A stretch of 62,748 nt of DNA. Origin: a virus. Every line of letters begins with the position of its first letter. The stretch's first letter is position 1. A program made the position numbers and the translations under genes. The DNA is taken from positions 1-62,748 of the IMG/VR virus record IMGVR_UViG_3300037096_000044; one strand, written 5' to 3'. The notes under the pieces were generated by a model, which saw only the letters and a list, made by a program, of their open reading frames with translations, was not told where the DNA came from and did no database searches. This document shows, piece after piece, positions 53,472 through 61,345 of the stretch.

Positions 53472-53544
53472 AATGGGATGGTTGGTGGCCCGCTGATGTT
53501 GCGGCGTAAACCGTCGAACTCCTGATGAATAAGGAAACTGGAAC

Positions 53545-53703
53545 GTGATCGACAACTGGCATGGCAAGCCTATCGGCGATCTCACGCGCGGCGAACTTAT
53601 TGACGCGCTAGAGTGGTGTGTCGGAAAACTGCGCGAATACCAACTCACCGAATTACGCCGAGCAACAAACCCATTGCGCGGACTTCCTCTGGAACGGAAA
53701 TGA
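53545..53703 (+). CDS. Small hypothetical protein (52 aa, GTG start).
   Basis: RBS aaggaa lies upstream. It is below the track cutoff. Confidence 0.3.
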   Translation: MIDNWHGKPIGDLTRGELIDALEWCVGKLREYQLTELRRATNPLRGLPLERK

Positions 53704-53722
53704 AACTGAAGGAGTTTTTGTC

Positions 53723-54649
53723 ATGACCATTGACATCATCGGAGCCGGGTTGGCCGGACTTCTCGCCGGCAATATGCTAAGCCACCGTCACCCAATCATC
53801 TCGGAGGCGCAGCCAACGTTGCCGAATAATCACAGTGCAGTATTACGCTTTAAGACATCCTCTGTAGGAGATGTCTTGAATATTCCCTTCCGTAAAGTGA
53901 CGATGGTAAAGACCGCGCTGCCTTGGCTCAATCCGGTCGCGGATGCTCTCGCGTATTCTCGTAAAAATACAGGAATAAGCCGAAGCGACCGCTCGATTAT
54001 CGCCGGCACCGTTACCGAGCCGCGTTGGATCGCACCGCCGAACCTTATATGGCTGATGGCGGAACGACTGACTATTTCTTATAGTCAGTCGTTTCTTTTT
54101 AAGGATAAGGAACGAGGCGAGAATTGGCGTCCGACCATTTCCACCATACCGATGCCGACGCTGATGAAGCTCCTCAACTATCCGAAGGCCGATCAGTTTA
54201 AGTTTAGCGGAACAGCAGGAATGAATATTAAGGCACGCCTCTTTAATTGTGATGCCTATATTTCGCTCCTCGTTCCGGACGAAAATTACATCTTTTCCCG
54301 CATCTCGGTGACAGGAGACGAAATGATTGTTGAGTGTCCAGTTGCGGAGGATATTTACGGCGATATATTAAACATCGCTATTGATGCTGCTGAGCTTCTT
54401 GGGCTAGAGGTCGATGGTAAAACGCTCTCTCATCATCAGCAAAAATATGCGAAAATCAATCCGCTCGAAGACGATGAAGCCCGCAAGGATTTCATTTATT
54501 GGGCGACCGATCAACACGGCATCTTTTCGCTCGGCCGCTTCGCGACGTGGCGGCCGCATCTCCTCTTGGATGACCTCGTTCAAGACATCCGGTTGATCGA
54601 CAAGTGGATTGAGAAGAAAGACCGATATGCCATAGCGAGGAGCCGATGA
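53723..54649 (+). CDS. FAD/NAD(P)-binding Rossmann protein (UDP-galactopyranose mutase / amine-oxidase-like fold).
   Basis: MTIDIIGAGLAGLLAG matches GxGxxG, and the C-terminus has SLGRFATWRPHLLLDDLVQDI. RBS gaaggag lies upstream of the ATG at 53723. Confidence 0.5.
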   Translation: MTIDIIGAGLAGLLAGNMLSHRHPIISEAQPTLPNNHSAVLRFKTSSVGDVLNIPFRKVTMVKTALPWLNPVADALAYSRKNTGISRSDRSIIAGTVTEPRWIAPPNLIWLMAERLTISYSQSFLFKDKERGENWRPTISTIPMPTLMKLLNYPKADQFKFSGTAGMNIKARLFNCDAYISLLVPDENYIFSRISVTGDEMIVECPVAEDIYGDILNIAIDAAELLGLEVDGKTLSHHQQKYAKINPLEDDEARKDFIYWATDQHGIFSLGRFATWRPHLLLDDLVQDIRLIDKWIEKKDRYAIARSR

Positions 54650-54849
54650 ACCCCGGAACCGTCTTCCTAGTCGCCTGTGTCTCGTGCGGGCTTCTTATCT
54701 ACATCGCTGGCTTTATCAATGGCACTTATCTCTATGGTCAATGGAACAGCGAACGGCTGCGCGCTATGGCCGTCGCCGGTTATACCGTTATCGAAGTCCG
54801 CACCTACCGGCTTCTTGACATCACGCCGAAGGTGGAGGAGAAGCTATGA
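54646..54849 (+). CDS. Small membrane protein.
   Basis: Hydrophobic segment VFLVACVSCGLLIYIAGFINGTYLY. Confidence 0.45.
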   Translation: MNPGTVFLVACVSCGLLIYIAGFINGTYLYGQWNSERLRAMAVAGYTVIEVRTYRLLDITPKVEEKL

Positions 54850-55037
54850 CCGTCTTTTATTATCGGCGCGGGCTAAAGGGTGAAGCTTGGCCGGTTAAGT
54901 CGCTCGAAAAACCGAACTCGCTGCCTTCGGAAATCTTCACGAAGGATAAAGAGAGCGTTCGCATTCAAGTTATCACTCGATGCGCTCGCCACGAAGTATC
55001 CGTTGGAGAAGACCCATGGCTGAGTTCGATCCGATAA
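54846..55037 (+). CDS. Hypothetical protein.
   Basis: 63-aa ORF with an ATGA overlap. Confidence 0.4.
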   Translation: MTVFYYRRGLKGEAWPVKSLEKPNSLPSEIFTKDKESVRIQVITRCARHEVSVGEDPWLSSIR

Positions 55038-55255
55038 GGTCCATCCAACAAGAGTTGGAAGGACTAGCGGCCGTGCGCCTCTCGATGAAACGCCGGGAGG
55101 CAGTCGCGGAGGAAGCGATGGGTAAAGCCGAGCAAGAGCTTAATGACCTCCGCAAGCTCAGTGGTTTTCTCAGTCTTGAAATCGAGCGTAAGCGTAAAGT
55201 CCTACAGGACCTCGTTGATAAACAGGAGAGCAAAGATGAAAGTTACACTGATTGA
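55016..55255 (+). CDS. Hypothetical coiled-coil protein.
   Basis: Internal ATG (MAEFDPIRSIQQELEGL...) of track ORF 54980..55255. Confidence 0.4.
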   Translation: MAEFDPIRSIQQELEGLAAVRLSMKRREAVAEEAMGKAEQELNDLRKLSGFLSLEIERKRKVLQDLVDKQESKDESYTD

Positions 55256-55994
55256 TTATACCGGAATTGGTTGGCCCGATCCGGCAGACCGCGCAGCTAA
55301 CATTCTTATCTTTTCTAAGAATACAAGATTGAATATGACGCCCGATCTAATCGGGGATATTGAGCAGTGGAACAATGAAAGAAAGCTCGAAGAGCTTACT
55401 TACATGGCCAATACCATCCCGAGCAGTTGGGAATTTGTCGATTATACCTTCCTCATCGAAGGTGTCACTCGCGCCTTTACTCACCAACTCGTTCGGACGC
55501 GGACGGCGAGCTTCGCGCAACAAACCATGCGCGTACTCGATGTGAGCGAAGGTCCGGGATGGGATTACCTAACCGGACCATCCATTGAACATCGCGCGCT
55601 GCTAGAGATGGATTACGAAGCGGCAATGGCCGTTATCGCTAAGACCTATAAGGAATTGATAAAGAACGGTGCAACAATTGAAGACGCCCGTGGCATCCTC
55701 CCCACGAACATTCTCACCAATATCGTTATGAAACTGAACATGCGCAACTTCGTCGATATGGTGAGGAAGCGCTCAAGCTCCCGGACCCAAGGCGAATACC
55801 GGGACGTTCTCGCCGCGATGAAGGAAGCAGCTTTGGCCGTCCATCCATGGCTAAAGCTCTTTATCGAGCGGGATGCGGACCGGGCGATTTCGGACCTTGA
55901 GAAAATCATAAATGGAAGCAGCATCGTTAACTCTGATCCAAATGTTAAAATAACGATGATCAAGCTCCTCGATCAATTGCGAGCGCTGGTGTAA
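55236..55994 (+). CDS. thyX: Flavin-dependent thymidylate synthase (ThyX-like) with a variant signature.
   Basis: FTHQLVRTRTASFAQQTMR is compared with the canonical RHRxxSxxxxSxR. RBS ggagag lies upstream of MKVTLIDY. Confidence 0.6.
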   Translation: MKVTLIDYTGIGWPDPADRAANILIFSKNTRLNMTPDLIGDIEQWNNERKLEELTYMANTIPSSWEFVDYTFLIEGVTRAFTHQLVRTRTASFAQQTMRVLDVSEGPGWDYLTGPSIEHRALLEMDYEAAMAVIAKTYKELIKNGATIEDARGILPTNILTNIVMKLNMRNFVDMVRKRSSSRTQGEYRDVLAAMKEAALAVHPWLKLFIERDADRAISDLEKIINGSSIVNSDPNVKITMIKLLDQLRALV

Positions 55995-56299
55995 TGCTGT
56001 TCCCCTGTCCACGGTGCGTCTCGCGCGATAGAATGGGCCGGAAGCCGAAGAGCCGAACTGATGTCATCGAAACCCAAGTCAAGTCGAAAGAAAGCTACGC
56101 CCGGAAAAGGTGGACCACCATCATTCTTAGGGCGCGGCGGTGCCGGGCCTGTGGCGCGGTCTTTACCACGCGAGAAGGCGTCTCCGATGGTACGGTGGCA
56201 CCACGCGCTGCACCAAGTCACCGGGTCGATGGCGCTAAACTTCAACGACCCAAAAGATTTCGTATCCGGGTGGATCGTTACACTGCGTTCGGTTGCTGA
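55994..56299 (+). CDS. NrdR-like zinc-ribbon protein with no ATP-cone.
   Basis: CPRC...RARRCRACGAVFTTRE resembles the NrdR ribbon (RRRxCxxCxxRFTTxE). The C-terminal half looks low quality. Confidence 0.35.
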   Translation: MLFPCPRCVSRDRMGRKPKSRTDVIETQVKSKESYARKRWTTIILRARRCRACGAVFTTREGVSDGTVAPRAAPSHRVDGAKLQRPKRFRIRVDRYTAFGC

Positions 56300-56314
56300 T
56301 GAGATGGAGACGTT

Positions 56315-56509
56315 ATGAACTGGCTCCGCCGCCTTCGCGTCCGCCGCCTTCGCCGGAAGAAGCTGGCGGAGATGGAACTGTATCAGTCTTTCACCGAGAA
56401 GAACGAATATGGTGAAGCGTTTAAGCATATCCTAATTGCGCAGCTTATCGCGCTCGAAATTGAGAAGCTTACCGGCGAACACGAGTTCTTATGGGAGACT
56501 TCGGGATGA
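56315..56509 (+). CDS. Hypothetical protein.
   Basis: 64-aa ORF. Confidence 0.4.
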   Translation: MNWLRRLRVRRLRRKKLAEMELYQSFTEKNEYGEAFKHILIAQLIALEIEKLTGEHEFLWETSG

Positions 56510-56967
56510 TTGACACCGCGACCGAGGGCCGGAAATACGTCTTAGTCGATATTGATCACGTCGTCGCCAACTCATTCTGGCGAGACGAAATGATTGGTTC
56601 CAATACTGATTGGGACCAATATCACAGTTCAAGCTGGCAAGACGAACCGCTAGAGGACGTAACTGCCTTCCTCCGTTCGATCTGGGTCGATTACTTCATC
56701 GTCGCCTTTACCGCACGCCCGGAGAAGTGGCGCAAGATGACAATGGAATGGTTCATTAAACATAATATTATGGTCGATGAACTCCTGATGCGTCCGGACG
56801 ATGCTTTTCACCCCTCCCCGGAGCTTAAATTGAAGCTCGTGACTGAAAGGTTCGGTGACCAATGGCAATCGAAGATTGCCTTTATCCTCGAAGATAGGGA
56901 TGATGTGACAGCGGCTTTTAAGGCGGCGGGAGTTACGGTCCTTCAAGTCCACGCGAGGTCTAAATGA
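56506..56967 (+). CDS. HAD-superfamily phosphatase (deoxynucleotidase or PNK-phosphatase-like).
   Basis: YVLVDIDHVVAN matches the DxDxV motif I. The ATG overlaps the upstream stop. Confidence 0.5.
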   Translation: MIDTATEGRKYVLVDIDHVVANSFWRDEMIGSNTDWDQYHSSSWQDEPLEDVTAFLRSIWVDYFIVAFTARPEKWRKMTMEWFIKHNIMVDELLMRPDDAFHPSPELKLKLVTERFGDQWQSKIAFILEDRDDVTAAFKAAGVTVLQVHARSK

Positions 56968-57269
56968 AAAAAGTCAAATCCGTTCCCAATAGGCTCCGCG
57001 ACCTCGGGAAGATTTACGAGGAGCGCAACGCCCTTTATGGCGATAGCTATAAGGAGTTTGGAAAGCTAATGGCGGCCATGTTTCCGGCTGGCATTAGCTT
57101 AAAGACGGCTGAGCAGTTCAACCGTTTTTCGTTGTTCCTTCACATCGTTGATAAGGTTCGGCGTTACGGTGGCGGTAATATGCTCCGAGGCCACCCCGAC
57201 AGTCTCGATGATCTTTCAGTCTATGCACAGATGCTTTCGGAAACGGATGAAGAAGGAGAGCGAAAATGA
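56964..57269 (+). CDS. DUF6378/MazG-related-like small protein. The call is tentative.
   Basis: ERNALYGDSYKEFG...GHPDSLDDLSVYA resembles the H-x-DS-x-x-D-x-x-x-Y pattern of that phage family. Confidence 0.35.
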   Translation: MKKVKSVPNRLRDLGKIYEERNALYGDSYKEFGKLMAAMFPAGISLKTAEQFNRFSLFLHIVDKVRRYGGGNMLRGHPDSLDDLSVYAQMLSETDEEGERK

Positions 57270-57529
57270 TAAAGCCAAATATTGTTATCAACCGAGACTC
57301 AGTCATCATCGATGATCGAACTTTATCACGTCCGCTATCGTTCTCGATAACAGCTTGGTTCGAATTTTGGGAATGGGCGCGGGACGGAGAAAATGTGAAT
57401 AGTGCTGATATTAAATCGGACCTTGAGCGAGATTGGGAAGAAAAAGTCAGTATAGCGAAGGTCGAAGGCTCTGAGGAAGGACGCGCAAAGGCCATCGAAG
57501 AAATGCGCGATAAACTAGGTGAATTATGA
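57266..57529 (+). CDS. Hypothetical protein.
   Basis: 87-aa ORF. Confidence 0.45.
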   Translation: MIKPNIVINRDSVIIDDRTLSRPLSFSITAWFEFWEWARDGENVNSADIKSDLERDWEEKVSIAKVEGSEEGRAKAIEEMRDKLGEL

Positions 57530-58086
57530 AAGCCGTCATCTTCGATACCGAGACAACCGGGCTGGTTAAGAACCGCACCATTAAGCTGGATAACCAACCC
57601 GAAATAATCGAGTTCTATGGCGCGCTCGTGGACCTCGGAAAGAAGGGCAAAATCTTGAAGGAGGTCGATACCTTGATAAAGCCCAACAAAGCTTTATCGA
57701 TGGAACCTAACCCCGGCGACAAGCGCACCATTACGCAGATTACTGGCATTGACAATGAGATGCTGAAAAGCGCTCCAATCTTTGCAGCGGTATCAAAGGA
57801 GATTTTTCAATTACTTGAAAAAGCCCCTTTGATTATTGCCCATAATCTCTCGTTCGATAAGGACATGGTTGAGATCGAGGCGCAGCGCCTAAAGAAGAAG
57901 GTAAAGTGGCCACGCGGCATTTGTACGGTCGAACAAACAATTTCCTTACTTGGCTATCGTCTTACCCTTTCCAAGCTGTATGAGCACTTGTTTGAAGAGA
58001 AGTTCGAAGGCGCTCACCGCGCAAAGGCGGATGTGGAAGCACTCATCAAGGTTTGTGTGGAGTTACACAAAAGGAATGTCATTTGA
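57526..58086 (+). CDS. dnaQ: DnaQ-like DEDDh 3'-5' exonuclease.
   Basis: VIFDTETTG is ExoI, IAHNLSFD is ExoII and HRAKADVEAL is ExoIII. Confidence 0.8.
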   Translation: MKAVIFDTETTGLVKNRTIKLDNQPEIIEFYGALVDLGKKGKILKEVDTLIKPNKALSMEPNPGDKRTITQITGIDNEMLKSAPIFAAVSKEIFQLLEKAPLIIAHNLSFDKDMVEIEAQRLKKKVKWPRGICTVEQTISLLGYRLTLSKLYEHLFEEKFEGAHRAKADVEALIKVCVELHKRNVI

Positions 58087-60923
58087 AAATCCGTACCGGC
58101 TACTCCTTCCGAACGGCCGTCGGCCATTTAGAGGATATCATCAGCAGACTTCAAGAAACAAAGTCCGCTGTGGCTCCTATCTCCGACCGGATGAGCACGT
58201 TCGGATTTGTCAAGTGGACGAAGCTCGCCGAAAAGGCAAAGCTTCGTCCATTGTATGGGGTAGAACTCGCCGTCACCGAAGCTCTTGGCGAAAAAAAGCC
58301 CATTCTCGATTACTGGACCTTCTTCGCAAAAGATAGCTTGCGCCCGCTCCACGACCTTATCGGCCTAGCGACCGACAATCCGGGCCGGGAACCGAGCTTG
58401 CTTTACTCTCAAGCTCTCGCCGCTAAAGGTCTCATAAAGATTTCCGGAGAGAGGTTGCAGCTACATTCACGGTTGAAGCCCGACAAAGATTTCTTTGTCG
58501 GGCTTCAACCGTCAACTCCAAAGGTGCTTTATGATGAAGCCCAAAAAATGGGTCTTAGATTTCTTGCTACGGGTGACAATTATTTTCCTCGCGATGGCGA
58601 CATTGAATTTTATCGCATCACGCTGGGCGGAAGAGCGAATACCCAAAGCTATCCCCAATACATTCTATCCGACTTGGAATGGCGAGAAGCTGTTAGCTGG
58701 ATAGCCGATAAAAAGTCCCAAGATCAAGCGATCAAAAACAGAGACGCAGCAATCAGGTCCTGCCGCGCGGTCTTGAAACACGCCGAGCTTTTGGTACCGA
58801 AGAAGACGAAGACGCTCCGCCAGATGTGCATTGACGGGGCGAAGCGAACCGGCACCAATTTGTCCGATCCTGTTTATGCTGAACGCCTTGATCGCGAATT
58901 AAAGCTAATTCACGATAAAAACTTTGAGGACTACTTCTTCATCATTGCGGATATGATATGCTGGGCGAAGGAGAGGATGATTGTCGGACCGGCCCGAGGG
59001 TCATCGTGTGGGTCGCTCGTTTGTTACCTTATCAATATCACGACGATTGATCCAATTCCCTACAATCTCATTTTTGAACGCTTCATCGATACCACCCGCG
59101 AAGACTTACCCGATATTGACATTGACTTCTCCGATACGAGGCGCCAACTTGTATTTGATTATGCAGAGGAGAAGTATGGCGCGGAGCGGGTGGCGCGCCT
59201 CGGCACCGTAGGATTATTTAAACCGCGCAGTGCTCTTAAAGCTACAGGTGTAGCTTTAAGAATACCCTCTTGGCAAGTCGAGAAGGTCCTAGACGGCACC
59301 ATTGAGCGAAGCTCGGGCGATGCCCGCGCCTTTCAAGCGCTAGAAGATACGTTACAAGGCACCGAAGCGGGCCGTAAAATGCTGGAGGAGTATCCCGAGG
59401 CGAAAATAGCGGGACGACTAGAGGGCCATCCCAATAACGCCTCGCAGCACGCTGCCGGTATTGTTATCACGAAGGAGCCGGTGACCGAGTATGTGGCTAT
59501 TGATAGCCGTACAAAAAGTGCCATGTGCGATAAGAAGGACGCAGAAAGCCTTAATCTTTTGAAGATCGATGCACTCGGCCTTACCCAGCTATCAATCTTC
59601 GAACGAACGCTAGAATTGATCGGAGAGAAACCAATTTCAGGGTGGCTCGAAAAACTCCCGATTGACGATAAAATGGCATTTGATGTACTCAACAAATGCC
59701 ATTTTGCCGGCATCTTTCAGTTTAACGGAGCGGCGGTGAAGTCGCTTACCACTCAAATTAAGGTCAATGACATTGAGGACATTATCGCCTTGGTCGCTCT
59801 CGCCCGTCCCGGCCCGCTCGCCACCGGAGGTTCCCAGACTTGGATTAGGCGGCGGAACGGTGAGGAGATTACCGAGACGATCCACCCACTCATGGAAGAG
59901 GTAACGCGGGCGACGTTCGGTTGCGTCATTTACCAAGAAACAGTTATGACAGTTTGCCGTCGCGTCGGCTTAATGTCGTGGGAGGATACGGCCGAAATCC
60001 GGAGGCTGATGTCCAAGTCGATGGGCGATGAGTATTTTTCGAAGTATTGGGAACGCTTCGTTAAGGGCGCAAAAAAGAATGGATTGACAGCAGAAACGGC
60101 AAAGGAGATATGGGATCAAATTTGCACCTTCGGCTCCTTCGCCTTTAATCGATCGCATGTTGTCGGTTACGGTTACATCTCGTATTGGTGCTGCTGGTTA
60201 AAGGCTCATCACCCTATCGAGTTCGCTGCCGCGACCTTAGACGCGGAGAGTGATCCAGCGCGCCAGATTGCCTTGCTTCGTGAACTTCGCGACGAAGGCA
60301 TTGACTATATCGCCGTGGACCCGGAGCTATCGACCGACAAGTGGGTGCCGGGGAAACGGGGCAAGAAGAAGTTTCTTGTAGGCCCGCTGACGATGATTAA
60401 AGGTTTCGGCTCGACAACCGTCGCTAAGATACTCGATAGCCGGACGACTGGCGAGGAACTAGCGCCCGCGACGAAGAAGAAGCTGGCGAGCGCGCGGACC
60501 GATATTGACACTCTCTTTCCGGTCGCGGACGCGGTGAAGAAGCTTCATCCCGATTTAACTGAAGCAGGTATCTTCTCCGCTCCGACTTCGGTGATAGAGG
60601 TCCAACCCGGCATTGCTGGAGAGGTTATGATTATCGCCGTTCTCCGGCGCATAGCGCCGCTCGATGAGAACGAAACACAGCGCGTCCTTAGGCGTGGCGG
60701 GAAAACGCTATCAGGTCCGACGAAGGCGCTGAACTTGTTTTTTCAAGATGACACCGATGAAATTTTTTGTAAGATCAATCGCTATGACTACCTCCGCATG
60801 GGCGTGGAGGTCTTCGAGCGTGGCCGAGCCGGGAAGGCGATCTATGCGGTAAAGGGAACGGTGCCACGCGACTTCCGGATGATTTCAATTAAACGTATCC
60901 GCTATCTCGGAGAGATAGGATGA
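58083..60923 (+). CDS. dnaE: DNA polymerase III alpha-type (DnaE-like) replicative polymerase.
   Basis: The N-terminus LKIRTGYSFRTAVG is PHP-like. Also present are GPARGSSCGSLVCYLINIT, PDIDIDF, HAAGIVI and FNRSHVVGY. The TTG at 58083 overlaps the exonuclease stop; an alternative ATG is at 58053. Confidence 0.9.
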   Translation: MKIRTGYSFRTAVGHLEDIISRLQETKSAVAPISDRMSTFGFVKWTKLAEKAKLRPLYGVELAVTEALGEKKPILDYWTFFAKDSLRPLHDLIGLATDNPGREPSLLYSQALAAKGLIKISGERLQLHSRLKPDKDFFVGLQPSTPKVLYDEAQKMGLRFLATGDNYFPRDGDIEFYRITLGGRANTQSYPQYILSDLEWREAVSWIADKKSQDQAIKNRDAAIRSCRAVLKHAELLVPKKTKTLRQMCIDGAKRTGTNLSDPVYAERLDRELKLIHDKNFEDYFFIIADMICWAKERMIVGPARGSSCGSLVCYLINITTIDPIPYNLIFERFIDTTREDLPDIDIDFSDTRRQLVFDYAEEKYGAERVARLGTVGLFKPRSALKATGVALRIPSWQVEKVLDGTIERSSGDARAFQALEDTLQGTEAGRKMLEEYPEAKIAGRLEGHPNNASQHAAGIVITKEPVTEYVAIDSRTKSAMCDKKDAESLNLLKIDALGLTQLSIFERTLELIGEKPISGWLEKLPIDDKMAFDVLNKCHFAGIFQFNGAAVKSLTTQIKVNDIEDIIALVALARPGPLATGGSQTWIRRRNGEEITETIHPLMEEVTRATFGCVIYQETVMTVCRRVGLMSWEDTAEIRRLMSKSMGDEYFSKYWERFVKGAKKNGLTAETAKEIWDQICTFGSFAFNRSHVVGYGYISYWCCWLKAHHPIEFAAATLDAESDPARQIALLRELRDEGIDYIAVDPELSTDKWVPGKRGKKKFLVGPLTMIKGFGSTTVAKILDSRTTGEELAPATKKKLASARTDIDTLFPVADAVKKLHPDLTEAGIFSAPTSVIEVQPGIAGEVMIIAVLRRIAPLDENETQRVLRRGGKTLSGPTKALNLFFQDDTDEIFCKINRYDYLRMGVEVFERGRAGKAIYAVKGTVPRDFRMISIKRIRYLGEIG

Positions 60924-61345
60924 GCGACGGCGGACTAAGGCAGCTGTTCCAAAAATATCTCTTTCAAGATGTCCAGTGGCAAGGGATTGAGACGTGGAGC
61001 ACAGGCCAAGGCGTCCCAGACATGGAGTATTGTTTCAAAGGCGGTCGCTCCGGTTGGATTGAAAATAAACTAACAGAAAGTTATTCAGTAAAAATATCTC
61101 CGGAGCAGGTCGCATGGGTAGAGCGGCGTGACCGGATGGGCGGTCGGGTCTTCGTCGCGATTAGATGGCGATGCGCGGAGAGCGCTTTAAAAAAGAAGCG
61201 CGATGAAATCTGGCTCTTCCCCGGTTCATCGATCCGGGCGCTAACGCTTAAGAAAGCGTTAAATTACATGGAACCGCTCGTTCTAGGCGAAGACGGCCCA
61301 GCAAATTGGCCTTGGGACCGTATCCGGAGAGAACTGATGAAATAA
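60920..61345 (+). CDS. VRR-NUC / PD-(D/E)xK nuclease (resolvase-like).
   Basis: GVPDMEY...GWIENKL gives the PD...ExK motif. Confidence 0.55.
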   Translation: MSDGGLRQLFQKYLFQDVQWQGIETWSTGQGVPDMEYCFKGGRSGWIENKLTESYSVKISPEQVAWVERRDRMGGRVFVAIRWRCAESALKKKRDEIWLFPGSSIRALTLKKALNYMEPLVLGEDGPANWPWDRIRRELMK

